From NCBI GenBank assembly GCA_044229975.1, contig JBGARZ010000011.1, positions 1-64,000 on the forward strand: a stretch of 64,000 bases of DNA. Reading direction: 5' to 3'. Below the pieces are notes generated by a model, which saw nothing but the letters and a program-made list of their open reading frames with translations, was not told the DNA's origin and searched no databases. This DNA comes from Polyangiales bacterium. GTDB taxonomy: Bacteria > Myxococcota_A > Polyangia > Polyangiales > Ga0077539. Of the stretch, positions 38,820 through 49,704 are shown in pieces; position 1 is the stretch's first letter, and every line of letters starts with the position of its first letter. The position numbers and the translations under genes are program-made.

Positions 38820-39433
38820 TCAAGTTCGGACAGCTCGCACAGGCGACCCGGTTGCTGCGCGAGGGCAAGCTCGGCGACGGCGCCATCCTCAAGGCCGACG
38901 CGGTCGACGCGCGCATCGATCCAGAGGTCGAAGTGCGCCTCGCCGACGTGCGCGGTTACCTCCCGACCATCGACGTCGACGCGCTCGTGAAGCTCCCGAC
39001 CGGGTCCTTCGGGCGCGCATACGCCGACCACATGATCGGCCACCAGCTCAAGCCCTTCCGGGTGAGCGAGGGCTTCGACCCGGAGATGCTGCGGCGCAAC
39101 ACCTTCGCGGCGCGCTACGCGGTCACGCACGACATCTTCCACGTGCTCCTCGGCTTCGACATGAAGCTCCCCGGCGAGATGGGCGTGCTCGCCTTCGCCG
39201 TCGCGCAGGGGTACGCGCGCATCCAGAAGCTCGCGCTCGCGTTCGCCCTGGTGCTCTATCCGCTGCTCGCGCCGCGGGAGGCGGGGCGCACGTTTCGCTG
39301 CTTCCGCGAGGGGTGGCGGTTGGGGCGCGGGGCGAGGTTCTTGTTGGGCGTGCGCTTCGAGGAGTGGTGGGAGCGCCCGCTGGCGGAGGTGCGCGTCGAG
39401 CTTGGGTTGCCCGCGTCACCGGCGGTGCACTGA
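38816..39433 (+). CDS. Coq4 family protein
   Basis: LPTGSFGRAY and HDIFHVLLG...GE motif; ATGA coupling. Confidence 0.85.
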   Translation: MIKFGQLAQATRLLREGKLGDGAILKADAVDARIDPEVEVRLADVRGYLPTIDVDALVKLPTGSFGRAYADHMIGHQLKPFRVSEGFDPEMLRRNTFAARYAVTHDIFHVLLGFDMKLPGEMGVLAFAVAQGYARIQKLALAFALVLYPLLAPREAGRTFRCFREGWRLGRGARFLLGVRFEEWWERPLAEVRVELGLPASPAVH

Positions 39434-39511
39434 CGCCCCTTGGGCCCACCGCAGCGCCTGCACGGAAACTGGCCCTCTCGCCCGCGGCGATTCTACGCTG
39501 CACAAAGCACC

Positions 39512-39796
39512 ATGAAACCCATCGAGATCATCTACTGCGTGGACGACCCCGACGCGCCGGTTCTCCACTACTACGACCTGCTCAGCGAGATGGACGCGCT
39601 CACCCGCTACGTCCTCACCGTCGCGGCGGCCCCCTTCGCGCCCGTCATCATCCTCAACGGCTCCGAGCTCGACAGCCGCAACGGCTACCGCCGCTGGGGT
39701 CCCACCGAGCGCCGCGGCGCCGACCGCGCCCACACCAACCGCCGCGTCCGCGGTCGGCGCACCGAAGACCGCGCCCCGGCCTACGCGCTCTGCTAG
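39512..39796 (+). CDS. Hypothetical protein (94 aa)
   Basis: ATG-initiated ORF with strong GC3 bias. Confidence 0.5.
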   Translation: MKPIEIIYCVDDPDAPVLHYYDLLSEMDALTRYVLTVAAAPFAPVIILNGSELDSRNGYRRWGPTERRGADRAHTNRRVRGRRTEDRAPAYALC

Positions 39797-40479
39797 GGCA
39801 GACACATCCCCTCGGCCGCGCGCCGACCCCGCGCGTACGCCGACGCATCCACCCGCATCCCCCGCCCCGACCGCAACCCCAGCCGCTCCTCCACGAAGCG
39901 ATCGAGCGCCTCGCGGTGCACCGCCGACGCCCGATCGAGCGTCGCCAGCTCCGCCCCCGTCGACGCCTCGCGCACGCCCTTCGCCGCCTCGCCGAGCCGC
40001 CGCGCCAGCACGTCGACCGCGCCCACGCGGAAGGCCTCGTGCCACTTCCGGCTCTTCCCTTCGCCGTGCGTCGCCGAGAGCCACTCGACGCGCTTCACCG
40101 CCCAGGCCCACAGCGTCTCCACCGCCGCCCGATCGCGCGCCCGACCGACCAGCGCGATGGCCTGCGCGTCGCCGCGGTCGAGCGTGTACGCGACGCACCC
40201 GTTGACCTCCGCGAGCGCACAGGCGAGCGCCACCTTCCACGGGCGCAGCTTGCGCGCGACCTCCAGCGGCGCGTCGGTGGCGTCGGCGATGGGATCGGGG
40301 TCGTCCGCCGCGTCGCGCTCGGCAGCGAGCCACTGCTCCAACCGGTGACGGGTGATGAGCGTCTGCGCCTGCGCCGCCGCGGTCGCGGCCTCGTGCACGT
40401 CGGGCGACGTCGCCAGCGCCAGCAGCTTGCGAACCCGGTCGAGCGCCTTCTCCGCGCTCACGCCGCCGACGGTGTCCAT
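39793..40479 (-). CDS. DUF2786 domain protein
   Basis: LDRVRKLLALATSPDVHEA..A...AQ.L; C-terminal AYARGRRAA. Confidence 0.8.
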   Translation of the reverse strand: MDTVGGVSAEKALDRVRKLLALATSPDVHEAATAAAQAQTLITRHRLEQWLAAERDAADDPDPIADATDAPLEVARKLRPWKVALACALAEVNGCVAYTLDRGDAQAIALVGRARDRAAVETLWAWAVKRVEWLSATHGEGKSRKWHEAFRVGAVDVLARRLGEAAKGVREASTGAELATLDRASAVHREALDRFVEERLGLRSGRGMRVDASAYARGRRAAEGMCLP

Positions 40480-40493
40480 CGCGACGCCCCCCT

Positions 40494-41267
40494 CTACCGA
40501 TGCTCGGCCGGCGGCGCGAACTCCTCCACCACGTCGGCGCGCTCGACCGGGCCGAAGTGCCCCGTGAAGAACAGCTCGCCCCGCGGCGCGATCTCCCGCA
40601 GCAGCCGCTGCACGTCGGCGCGGTTGCCCGCGAGGTCGCACATGTAGAAGTGCGTCTCCGCGCCATCACCCACGATCGCCCCGCGAAACAGGTCGCCCAC
40701 GAACACGGCCGTGCCCGCGGTGACCACCAGCGAGCCCGGCGTGTGCCCCGGCAGCGCGGTGACCGTCGCGTCGACGCCCGCGAGCTGCGCCAGCGAGAGC
40801 GTCGCATCGACCGGCACGTCGACCGTCGTGGGCGTGTAGATCGCCTCCTGGTCGGACGATCGGCGGAGGCGCGCGATGAAGCCCGTCGGACAGATCGGCG
40901 CGTTGTGCCCGGTGGCGAACATCCCCTGATCACCGGCGCCCGCCACCACCTGGGTCCCGTAGCGTCGCTGGAAGTACCGGGCACCGCCCGCATGGTCGGC
41001 GTGCCCGTGCGTGACCACCACGACGCGCAGCCGGGTCGGGTCGAGGCCCTCGTCGCGCAGCGCCTCGTCGAGCGCGGCGGCGTGGCGCTCGTAGCCGCTG
41101 TCGATCATCACGAGCGAGTCGCCCTGCGCGATGACGTGGGCGTGGGTCGAGTCGCGGGTGAAGGTGTGCACCGTGAGGCCGCCGACACGGCGCAGCGAGT
41201 GGGAGGTTCCACACCCGAGCAGCAGCGCGACGAAGAGGGCGAGCAGCGAGCGGTTGAGCGTCGTCAT
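40494..41267 (-). CDS. MBL-fold metallo-hydrolase lipoprotein
   Basis: THGHADHAGG, PGHTPGS, GDL, GH. Confidence 0.88.
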   Translation of the reverse strand: MTTLNRSLLALFVALLLGCGTSHSLRRVGGLTVHTFTRDSTHAHVIAQGDSLVMIDSGYERHAAALDEALRDEGLDPTRLRVVVVTHGHADHAGGARYFQRRYGTQVVAGAGDQGMFATGHNAPICPTGFIARLRRSSDQEAIYTPTTVDVPVDATLSLAQLAGVDATVTALPGHTPGSLVVTAGTAVFVGDLFRGAIVGDGAETHFYMCDLAGNRADVQRLLREIAPRGELFFTGHFGPVERADVVEEFAPPAEHR

Positions 41268-41359
41268 CGGCGTGGTCTCGCGGCGCAGCCTACACGAAGC
41301 ACCGCGGGTCCCCCGCGCGACGATGCTCCGGTCGACCATCGTCGCACCGGCGTCGGCGC

Positions 41360-43003
41360 TCACGGCAGCGAAGGGGCCCAGTGCGCCATGTGGTTGCCCT
41401 CGTCAACGGCCTGGTGGGGCAGCCAGAACGCTGTCGTGCTCGGGTCGCCGCCGCGCACCGACGGGCGAAACGCGGCCATCCAGAGCTGCGTGCGGCGCTC
41501 GTCGGCCGGGCGGTCTTGCTGTTGGAGACGGAGGCCGTAGTCGCGCCGGCTGGTGAAGGTGAACCACAGCAGGGCGTCGTCGGGGCCCGACCCGGCGCGG
41601 GAGGCGTAGGGCGCCCACGCCGGCCAGGAATTGCCGAGGGCACCGGCACCGTCGGCGCGCGCCAGGCGAACGGGGTCACCGCCCGTCGCCGCGATGATCC
41701 AGAGCTGCGCCCCCAGGTTGCTGTACGAGTCCCCGCCCGCGCGGTTGAACAACACCCAGCGGTTGTCGGGAGAGAATGCGGGGTAGTACTGGTTGATCTC
41801 GGCGCTGGCGAGCAGGGTGGTCGCCGCGCCGAAGGCTCCCCCCGACCACGGCATGAGCATCAGGTCGGCGGCGCCCGTGTGCCCGGTGGGGCTGAGCGCC
41901 ATGGGGGTTCGCGGCCGGGAGAAGACGACCCGCGTGCCATCGGGCGACCAGTCGGGCATCGTCCCGGCGAAGGCGTTGGCGAGGCCCGGCGCGGCGGCCC
42001 CCGTCGCGGCGTCGAGCAGCCGGAGCTGCACCCCGTTGGAGACGAGGAAACGAGCGTTGTCCGGGGAGAAGGTGCCGAAGCTCCCCGTGAGCGGCGTGCC
42101 GACGCTGGCGCGCGAAGCGACGTCGATCATGGGCGTCGGAGAGAGGCCAGGGATGCCGCGGCCGGCCCACATGCGGGTGCCGTCGCGCGAGACGGCGTGG
42201 CAGCCGGCGCAGTTCGAGGACTCCCCCCGCAAGAACACCTCCGGCCGCGTCTCGGGAGTGCCCACGTCATCGCGATGGATGCTGCCCGCCGTGGTGGCCC
42301 AGTAGACGGTTCCGCGGAGGGGGTCGGGCGTCACGCCCAGCGTGATGGGCGCCGAGCGACCGACCGCGCCGGCGCTCGTGGCCCCGACGGGCGAGCGGGT
42401 GCCACGGACGGTGACGGTGAGCGCGCCGCTCCCACGCGCCGACTCGGCCAGCAGCGCGAGGTCGGACGGTGCGAGGGTGAGCGCGCACCCGGCGCCGACG
42501 ACCGAGCAGCGGGTGTAGAAGCGCACCGCCGACGTCGATCCGACGAAGGACACCTCGAAGAGATCGTTGCTCGCACCGGGCCGAAAATGAAGCTCGAAGG
42601 AAGGGAGGTTCGGGGGGATGACCGTCTCCGTCGCGGGATAGACGATGGACGGCCCCGCGGCCTCCCCGGCGCCACCAAAGCGCGCGGACGAGTCGGCCGG
42701 CGCGTCGGGTCGAACGATGTCCCGCGCCGTCACCGCGGGCGGTCGATCGACCGAAGCACCTGCATCGACAGGAGACCCGGCGTCCGTCGAGACACCGGTG
42801 TCGACAGGAGACCCGGTGTCCGTCGAGACAACCGCGTCGATCGGAGACCCGGTGTCCGTCGAGGCACCGGTGTCCGTCGAGGCACCGGTGTCGACCGAGG
42901 CGGCGACATCGCGTGGCGAACTTGCATCACCTGGCAGGTAGGCGATGGGGCCGGTGCACCCCAGCGACCACCCCAACACCACCAGTGCTCTTCCAGTTCG
43001 CAT
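41360..43003 (-). CDS. TolB-like (PD40) beta-propeller lipoprotein
   Basis: Lipobox, STDTG linker repeats, PDWSPDG and PAFSPDN repeats, CAGCH. Confidence 0.8.
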   Translation of the reverse strand: MRTGRALVVLGWSLGCTGPIAYLPGDASSPRDVAASVDTGASTDTGASTDTGSPIDAVVSTDTGSPVDTGVSTDAGSPVDAGASVDRPPAVTARDIVRPDAPADSSARFGGAGEAAGPSIVYPATETVIPPNLPSFELHFRPGASNDLFEVSFVGSTSAVRFYTRCSVVGAGCALTLAPSDLALLAESARGSGALTVTVRGTRSPVGATSAGAVGRSAPITLGVTPDPLRGTVYWATTAGSIHRDDVGTPETRPEVFLRGESSNCAGCHAVSRDGTRMWAGRGIPGLSPTPMIDVASRASVGTPLTGSFGTFSPDNARFLVSNGVQLRLLDAATGAAAPGLANAFAGTMPDWSPDGTRVVFSRPRTPMALSPTGHTGAADLMLMPWSGGAFGAATTLLASAEINQYYPAFSPDNRWVLFNRAGGDSYSNLGAQLWIIAATGGDPVRLARADGAGALGNSWPAWAPYASRAGSGPDDALLWFTFTSRRDYGLRLQQQDRPADERRTQLWMAAFRPSVRGGDPSTTAFWLPHQAVDEGNHMAHWAPSLP

Positions 43004-43182
43004 GGCGTTTCCCTATCGTCGGCGCGTCGTCGAGAAACCGTCGACCGCGCGAGGATGGATACTCCACCATCAACCGGGCGGACAGCCCCTCGGCCCCGGT
43101 GTCGACGGACGTTGCCGCGGTCTCGCGGTTGGGCGCCAACGTTCGCCAACGGTCCCTCCCGTCCCGTACCTTCGGCCACCGA

Positions 43183-44130
43183 TTGAGCACCGACCACCAC
43201 CCCGCCACCCGCCCCGTCGCCTCCGCCCTCGCCGTCGCGCTGGCCTTCGCCGCCATCTACTTCGTGTGGGGGTCGACCTACCTCGCGATGCACGTCGCGG
43301 TGCGAACGCTGCCGCCATTCCTCCTCGCCGCGACTCGCTTTCTCATCGCCGGCGGTGCCCTCCTCGCGTGGTCGGTCGCGCGGGGCGGCGCGTGGCCGAC
43401 GCGCGCCTCGTGGGGCCACGCAGGCGTCGCCGGGCTGCTCATGCTCGCAGGCGGCAACGGCGGCGTCGTGTGGGCGGTGCAGCGCGTCCCGTCGGGCATC
43501 GCGGCGCTGGTGGTGTCGACGCTGCCGCTGTGGATGGTGCTCCTCGAATGGATCTCCGGCGGCGCGCGGCCCGGCCTCGGCGTGTCGGCGGGCATCGGCC
43601 TCGGGCTCGTCGGCATCGTCGTTCTGGTGGGCCCCGACGCGCTCGCCAGCGGAGGCACCCAGGGCGTCGACCCGCTGCGTGTCGGCGTGCTGGTGCTGGC
43701 CTCGCTGTCGTGGGCCGCCGGGTCGCTCTACGCACGCGCCAACAAGGTTCCGGGCCCGGTGACGATGGCGCCCGCCCTCCAGATGCTCGTCGGCGGCGCG
43801 GTGTTGCTCACCGCGAGCCTGCTCACCGGCGAGGTGGGCCGCTTCGACCCGGCGCGCGCGTCGATGGCGTCGCTGCTGTCGATGGCCTACCTCATCGTGT
43901 TCGGGTCGCTGGTCAGCTACAGCGCGTACGTGTGGCTGCTGGGGGTCGTGTCGCCCGCGCGCGTGTCGACCTACGCGTACGTCAACCCGGTGGTGGCGAT
44001 GTTCCTCGGGGCGGTGCTCGCGGACGAGGTGCTCACCGCGCGAACCATCGAAGCCGGCGCCATCATCGTCGGCGCCGTGGTGCTCATCACCACCGTCAGC
44101 GCGCGAAAGAAGGCGCCCGCTTCGTCGTAG
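43183..44130 (+). CDS. EamA/DMT family transporter (YedA-like)
   Basis: YFVWGSTYL, STYAYVNPVVA, about 10 TMs. Confidence 0.9.
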   Translation: MSTDHHPATRPVASALAVALAFAAIYFVWGSTYLAMHVAVRTLPPFLLAATRFLIAGGALLAWSVARGGAWPTRASWGHAGVAGLLMLAGGNGGVVWAVQRVPSGIAALVVSTLPLWMVLLEWISGGARPGLGVSAGIGLGLVGIVVLVGPDALASGGTQGVDPLRVGVLVLASLSWAAGSLYARANKVPGPVTMAPALQMLVGGAVLLTASLLTGEVGRFDPARASMASLLSMAYLIVFGSLVSYSAYVWLLGVVSPARVSTYAYVNPVVAMFLGAVLADEVLTARTIEAGAIIVGAVVLITTVSARKKAPASS

Positions 44131-44233
44131 CGGGCTCGCGCCTCTACATCCCTCTCACGATGCTCGAGCGGCAACGATCGGCCCCACCACGGACCTTCGT
44201 CTCCGGCGAACAGTGCGTACACTCCGTCGCCTC

Positions 44234-45280
44234 ATGAGCACCACCGTCGATGTGAGCGTGGCGATCGGGTCCGCTGCGCACGCGCGCCTCTCCCCGGTCG
44301 CCGAGCTGCCCGTGACCGGGACGCTCGCCTTCCTCCCCAACGGCAACCTGCTGGTGGTCGAGCGCCGCTGGAGCGAGCACCGCTTGGTCGCCCACGAGTT
44401 TGCGCCGGACGCCAACGGGCACTGGGCCGAGGCCCGCGCGGTGACCATCAAGGGCGTGCGCGGCAGCCCCATCGGATGCGCGGTGAGCGCGGGCGGGGCG
44501 TTCCTCGCGGCGGGGCCCAAGATCGCCCGCGTGTATGACTGGGCCGCGGCGAAGGTGCTCGCATCGCTCCCGACGGTGCGCCATCAGCTCGAACGCAACT
44601 CGCTGGGGTTCTCGCCGAGCGGCGCGCGCATCGCCGTGGCGGATGGCGGGTACGTCTCCCCGCGCAACCGCACCGTCACCGTCTGCGACGCAGCCACCGG
44701 CGCGAAGCTCACGGCGATCAAGACCGACGAGTGGGACTTCCAGTGGGCGGCGATGCCCGACGAGTCGACGGTGCTCACCCTCGGGTTGGCCTTCGATTGG
44801 AAGTACGACGACGAGGAGACCGAGGGGCAGTGGGTGCTCGGCTGCTACGACGCCGACACCGGCGCGGTGCGCTGGCGGCGGGTGTTGCGCGGCGAGCAGC
44901 GGCCGGGCATCGACCGCGCGGCGGGCCGCCTCTGGATCGCGGACACCGAGAGCCCGCACATCACGAAGAACCTGCTGGCGCTGTCGCTCGCGGACGGGGG
45001 CGTGGTGCGCACCGTGGGCTTCGACGGCGAGTGGCGCGCCGACAAGGCGGCCCCGACGATGGTCGGCCCCACGACGCTGATGCTCCCGGTGAAGACGTAC
45101 CAGAACGGAGGGGAGATGCGCACGGTGGTCATCGACACCGAGCGGGGTCGCGTGGTGGCCGAGCTCAGGCACGCGGGCGAGCTGTCGGGCGAGTGGTTTC
45201 CGCCGACGGCGCACCTGGAGACGCGACGGGTGGCCGCGACGGTCGAGGGCGCCACGGTCGTCTGGCAACTGCCTGGGTGA
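44234..45280 (+). CDS. Beta-propeller (WD40-like) hypothetical protein
   Basis: LAFLPNG, LGFSPSG, D..TG repeats. Confidence 0.6.
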   Translation: MSTTVDVSVAIGSAAHARLSPVAELPVTGTLAFLPNGNLLVVERRWSEHRLVAHEFAPDANGHWAEARAVTIKGVRGSPIGCAVSAGGAFLAAGPKIARVYDWAAAKVLASLPTVRHQLERNSLGFSPSGARIAVADGGYVSPRNRTVTVCDAATGAKLTAIKTDEWDFQWAAMPDESTVLTLGLAFDWKYDDEETEGQWVLGCYDADTGAVRWRRVLRGEQRPGIDRAAGRLWIADTESPHITKNLLALSLADGGVVRTVGFDGEWRADKAAPTMVGPTTLMLPVKTYQNGGEMRTVVIDTERGRVVAELRHAGELSGEWFPPTAHLETRRVAATVEGATVVWQLPG

Positions 45281-45412
45281 GGCCTGAGGTTCGGAGTGGG
45301 TGTCGTGGCGCCGCGAGGCGCTCTTCGTCGATCGAGACGAGGGACCGGTGTTCGTGAGAACGCCGGTTCCTCGCAGGCTCGCTGGAGGCACGTCGAAAGG
45401 GCTGGTCTCCTC

Positions 45413-46342
45413 TCATTCAAGGAGCCGGTTCAGTGGTTCGGTCGCCTCTCTGGATCGCAGGTCGAGCCCGAAGAAGTGAATCGCCTCCTCGGCGTCGACG
45501 GGCAGATCGTGCGGAACCCCATCGAGGCTGATGGCCTCCACGCGCACGCCGGACGCATCGCCGTAGCGGGTGTGGGTCCATCTCGCGCGCGGGTGGTCGG
45601 TCGCGCTCGGCGCCGGGCCCACGCCGAGCACGTCGCACCACTGCCCGATCGCCTCGGCGAAGTTGCGGTAGCGCAGCACGGCGTCGTCGGTGCCGTGCCA
45701 GAGCTGCACCCGCGGACGCGGCCCGCGGTAGCCGCGATAGGCCGCGCGCACGAGGTCACCCCACCGCCGCGCCGAGCGGGTCACGCGACCGTTGGCGCAG
45801 TCGGCGTTCCAGCGCGTGGGGCCAGCGAAGCAGCCATACGGAACCCCCGCGAAGGCCACGCCCGCCCGAAACACGTCGGGGTAGTTGCCCAGCAGCACGT
45901 TGGTGAGCATCGCGCCCGACGACACGCCCACCACGAAGACCCGCGCGCGGTCCGCGCCGTAGCGCCGCAGCGCGTACGCGACCATCGAGCGCACGCCCAC
46001 CGGGTCGCTGCCACCATTGCGCCGCAGCGCCGCGCGCGAGGCCACGTCGAAGCAGTGGTCCGCGCTCTGCGTCACCGACGGATACACCACGACGAAGCCG
46101 TAGCGATCGGCGAGGCGCGCGAACCCGGTGCTCGCGTGAAACCCGCGACCGTCGCCGTGACAGGCGTGCGCCGCCACAACCACCGCAGGACGAGGTGCGA
46201 GGTGGTCGGGCACGTAGACGAACATCCGCAGCGCGCTCGGGTTGGCGCCGAAGTCCGTGACCTCGGTGAGCGTCGCGGCCGAGGCGCGTGACGAGAGCGC
46301 CGTCACCAGCGCCGCTGCGAAGAGGAGGGTTCGTGTGCCCAT
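45413..46342 (-). CDS. PHB depolymerase family esterase (CE1 acetylxylan/feruloyl esterase-like), secreted
   Basis: FGANPS, GVSSG nucleophile elbow, WHGTDD, terminal His. Confidence 0.88.
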   Translation of the reverse strand: MGTRTLLFAAALVTALSSRASAATLTEVTDFGANPSALRMFVYVPDHLAPRPAVVVAAHACHGDGRGFHASTGFARLADRYGFVVVYPSVTQSADHCFDVASRAALRRNGGSDPVGVRSMVAYALRRYGADRARVFVVGVSSGAMLTNVLLGNYPDVFRAGVAFAGVPYGCFAGPTRWNADCANGRVTRSARRWGDLVRAAYRGYRGPRPRVQLWHGTDDAVLRYRNFAEAIGQWCDVLGVGPAPSATDHPRARWTHTRYGDASGVRVEAISLDGVPHDLPVDAEEAIHFFGLDLRSREATEPLNRLLE

Positions 46343-46410
46343 TGGGGTTTCGCTGCGATGACCTTTGCCACTGTCATCGTGCCCGGTCGCGACCCCATAC
46401 GGAACCCCTG

Positions 46411-46966
46411 ATGACCGACCGCCCCGGACTGCTCCGCCACTATGGCCCCGCGCTCGCGATCACGGCCGCGGTGCTGGTGCTGGTGACGGCGCGCGAGGGC
46501 GGTCGGGCGTTGCTCGCCGTGCTGGTGCTCGCCGTACTGGAGGTCACCTTCAGCGTCGACAACGCCGTCATGAACAGCCAGACCCTCGCGAAGATGAGCC
46601 GCTTCTGGCGGCGCATGTTCTTGACGGTGGGCATCGCCGTCGCCGTCTTCGGCGTACGGCTGTTTCAGCCTCGACGGCGTGGTGGCGGCCTTCGCGGTGA
46701 CGCGGCGCGTGCTGCTCATCGCCGCGGGCCTCGGCATCGGCGCCGTCTTCGTGCGCGCCATCACCACGCACCTGCTGGAGCGCGAGGCGCTGCGCGAGTA
46801 CCGGTACCTCGTTCATGGGGCGCACTACGCCATCACGGTGCTCGCGGTGACGATGCTGGCCGACATCCGCTTCCACCCGCCGCCGCTCGCCGCCGGGATC
46901 GTCGGGCTGCTGCTGGTGGGCGGCTCGTGGTGGGCCTCGGTGCGTCACGACCGCAAACACGCCTGA
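46411..46966 (+). pseudogene. DUF475/TerC-like membrane protein with internal deletion and frameshift
   Basis: LEVTFSVDNAV...FGVRLF is joined out of frame near 46665 to FSLDGVVAAFAVT...HGAHYAI; the central part is missing. Confidence 0.8.
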
Positions 46967-47092
46967 CGATGGCTCTGGAGTTCGGAGCAGGCTCGGCTCG
47001 GCCAGCATCGACTTGCATGAGTCGACCGTGATGCTCCAGCGCGGCTAATCCCTTGCTCCACCGCTCCCCCCTCCGCTATCACCACTGCGCAC

Positions 47093-48613
47093 ATGGAAGA
47101 CGTCGGGCAGCGCTGGCTACGGCTCCACCCCGCTGACAACGTCGGCGTCGTCGTCGACCCCGCTGGCCTCGCGGCGGGCGAAGTCATCGACGGCGTCCCC
47201 CTCGGCCAGGCCATCGCCATGGGTCACAAGTTCGCCCGCGCGGCCATCCCCAAGGGCGCGTCGGTGGTGAAGTTCGGCCACGTCATCGGGGTCGCCACCG
47301 TCGACATCGAGCCCGGCGCCCACGTCCATGTACACAGTGTCGAGATGCCCCCGGCCGCTCTCGTCGGCGGCAGCGAAGAGACCCACCACGAGCGCGCCCG
47401 CGACGCGGCCGACCTGCCCACCACCTTCCGCGGATACCGTCGCGCCAGCGGTCGCGCAGGCACCCGCAACTACGTAGTCGTGGTGAGCTCGGTCAACTGC
47501 TCGGCCACCGTGGTGAAGGCCGTCTGCCGACACTTCCTCGGACGCCCTGGCATCGATGGGGTCGTCCCCGTCACGCACACCGCGGGCTGCGCCCAGGCCA
47601 TCGGCGGCCTCGGGTACCGCGTGCTCAACCGCACGCTCGCCGGATGGATCTTCCACCCCAACGTCGTCGGCGCCGTCGTCATCGGCCTCGGCTGCGAAGG
47701 CACCACCTTCAAGTCCATTCTGGCCGCCCACGAGAGCAGCCCCGACGCGGCGCGCATCCCGCTGGAGACGCTCAACATCCAGGACGTCGGCGGCACCGCG
47801 GCGGCCATCGCGCAAGGCATCGCGGCCGTCGAGAAGGTGCTCGCGCAGCTCCCGACCTTCGAGCGCGAAGAGCTGCCCGTCTCGGAGATCGGCATCGCGC
47901 TCAACTGCGGCGGCAGCGATGCGTTCTCCAGCCTGACGGCCAACCCGGTGCTCGGCATCGTGAGCGATCTGCTGGTGCAGCGCGGCGGGATGGTGGCGCT
48001 GGCGGAGATCCCCGAGTGCCACGGCTGCGAAGACATGCTCGCCGCCCGCGCCGCGGACGACACCGTGCGCGCCCGCCTCGCCGAGACCTTCGAGTGGTGG
48101 AACGGGTACGCCTCCCGCCACCAGGTGAACCTCAACAACAACCTCGCGTCGGGCAACATCGCGGGCGGCATCACCACCATCGTCGAGAAGAGCCTCGGGG
48201 CCGTCGCCAAGGGCGGGCACTCGCCGCTCACCGAGGTGGTCGAGTACTCGGCGCCCATCACGCAGCAGGGCTTCGTGCTGATGAACACCCCCGGCTTCGA
48301 CCCGGTGTCCGTGACGGGACTCGTGGCGGGTGGCTGCAATGTCGTGACGTTCACGACGGGGCGCGGTTCGGTCTACGGGTGCTCCATCGCGCCGACGGTG
48401 AAGATCGCCACGACGAGCGGGCTCTTCCGTCGCATGCGCGGCGACATGGATTTCGACGCGGGTCAGGCGCTGACGGGCGCGACCATCGAGGCGCTGGGGG
48501 AGGCGCTGTATCGGGACTTGATCGAAGTGGCGAGCGGTCGCCACACGACGAGTGAAGAGCTGGGTCTGGGTTGGGAGGAGTTCGTGCCGTGGCCGATCGC
48601 CGAAACGTTGTAA
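47093..48613 (+). CDS. uxaA: UxaA-family (altronate/galactarate) dehydratase
   Basis: N-terminal SAF domain (GHKFA..HVHVH), GTRNY, CGGSD, EKSLGA..KGG, FTTGRG. Confidence 0.88.
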   Translation: MEDVGQRWLRLHPADNVGVVVDPAGLAAGEVIDGVPLGQAIAMGHKFARAAIPKGASVVKFGHVIGVATVDIEPGAHVHVHSVEMPPAALVGGSEETHHERARDAADLPTTFRGYRRASGRAGTRNYVVVVSSVNCSATVVKAVCRHFLGRPGIDGVVPVTHTAGCAQAIGGLGYRVLNRTLAGWIFHPNVVGAVVIGLGCEGTTFKSILAAHESSPDAARIPLETLNIQDVGGTAAAIAQGIAAVEKVLAQLPTFEREELPVSEIGIALNCGGSDAFSSLTANPVLGIVSDLLVQRGGMVALAEIPECHGCEDMLAARAADDTVRARLAETFEWWNGYASRHQVNLNNNLASGNIAGGITTIVEKSLGAVAKGGHSPLTEVVEYSAPITQQGFVLMNTPGFDPVSVTGLVAGGCNVVTFTTGRGSVYGCSIAPTVKIATTSGLFRRMRGDMDFDAGQALTGATIEALGEALYRDLIEVASGRHTTSEELGLGWEEFVPWPIAETL

Positions 48614-49704
48614 TCATCGGCGCGGGCGCCATCGGGCGGGGATACCTCCCGTGGGTCGTCGACGACGCGCGCCACGAGCTGGTCTTCGTCGACTCCAACC
48701 TCCAGATCGTTCGCCCCATGCGCGACCGCGGTCGGTACCGCAGCCACCGCGTGCGCGAAGGGCGCATCGAGTCGCGCGACGTGCTGGTGAAGGACGCCTG
48801 CCTGCCGGGCGAGTTCGACTGGCGGCGGTACGACCCGGAGGTGATCTTCGTCAACGTCGGTCCGCGCAGCGTGGCGCGCATCGCGGCGCTGCTCGAAGGC
48901 GCGACGTGCCCGGTCATCCTCTGCGAAAACGACCCGGCGACGGTGGAGATCCTCAAGCCGCACCTGGGCGGCGGAGGAGCAGCGGTCTTCGCGGTGCCCG
49001 ATGTCATCACATCGAACACGGCGCCCGCGGAGCTGTTGGCCGAAGACTCGCTCGCGACGGTCACCGAAGACGGCGTTCTCTTCATCGACGAGCGGGCGCG
49101 TGGCGCGGTGCACGGCGACATCCATTGGCTCTCCGAGCGCGAGCTGGTCGACCAGCAGTGGACGGCGAAGCTGTACCTGCACAACACGCCGCATTGCGTG
49201 ACGGCGTACCTCGGGGCGCTCGCGGGTTCGCGCTATGTGCACGAGGCGATGGCGCGGCCCGCGGTCGCGGAGATCGTGGCGGGCTCCATGAAGGAGATGC
49301 TCACGGCGCTGAAGCTGAAGTGGGAGATCCCCCACGAGTTTCTCGACTGGTACGCCGAGAAGGAACTCAAGCGCTTCGCCAACGTGCAGCTCTACGACCC
49401 GGTGAGCCGCGTGGCGCGCGAGCCCCTACGCAAGCTCGACCTCGACGGCCGGCTCATCGGCGCGGCGCAGATCTGCCTCGCGTCGGGCTTCATTCCCCAC
49501 AACATTCTTATCGGGATCGCGGGCGCGCTGCTCTTCAAGGACAGCAACGACTCCGACCGGCACCTCGACTTCATGCGGGGCGCGCTGTCGTCGGACATCT
49601 TCCTCACGCACGTGCTCAACCTCCGCCGCGGCGAGGCGCTGGAGATACTCCTGCGCGAGCGGATGGAGACCATCATCAAGATCGTGGAAGGCGTGCGCCG
49701 ATGA
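48589..49704 (+). CDS. Mannitol-1-phosphate 5-dehydrogenase-like protein
   Basis: GAGAIGRG, CEN, KLYLHN..H...AYLG, RF.N..L.D...RVAREPLRKL. Confidence 0.8.
   Translation: MADRRNVVIIGAGAIGRGYLPWVVDDARHELVFVDSNLQIVRPMRDRGRYRSHRVREGRIESRDVLVKDACLPGEFDWRRYDPEVIFVNVGPRSVARIAALLEGATCPVILCENDPATVEILKPHLGGGGAAVFAVPDVITSNTAPAELLAEDSLATVTEDGVLFIDERARGAVHGDIHWLSERELVDQQWTAKLYLHNTPHCVTAYLGALAGSRYVHEAMARPAVAEIVAGSMKEMLTALKLKWEIPHEFLDWYAEKELKRFANVQLYDPVSRVAREPLRKLDLDGRLIGAAQICLASGFIPHNILIGIAGALLFKDSNDSDRHLDFMRGALSSDIFLTHVLNLRRGEALEILLRERMETIIKIVEGVRR

Noticed and set aside
42195..42215. CAGCH as evidence that the TolB-like protein is a c-type cytochrome
   Set aside because: A single motif inside a propeller blade; heme attachment cannot be supported from sequence alone.
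42755..42900. 18/36-bp tandem repeats
   Set aside because: In-frame low-complexity STDTG linker of a lipoprotein; the same applies to 57320-57400 and 61300-61440.
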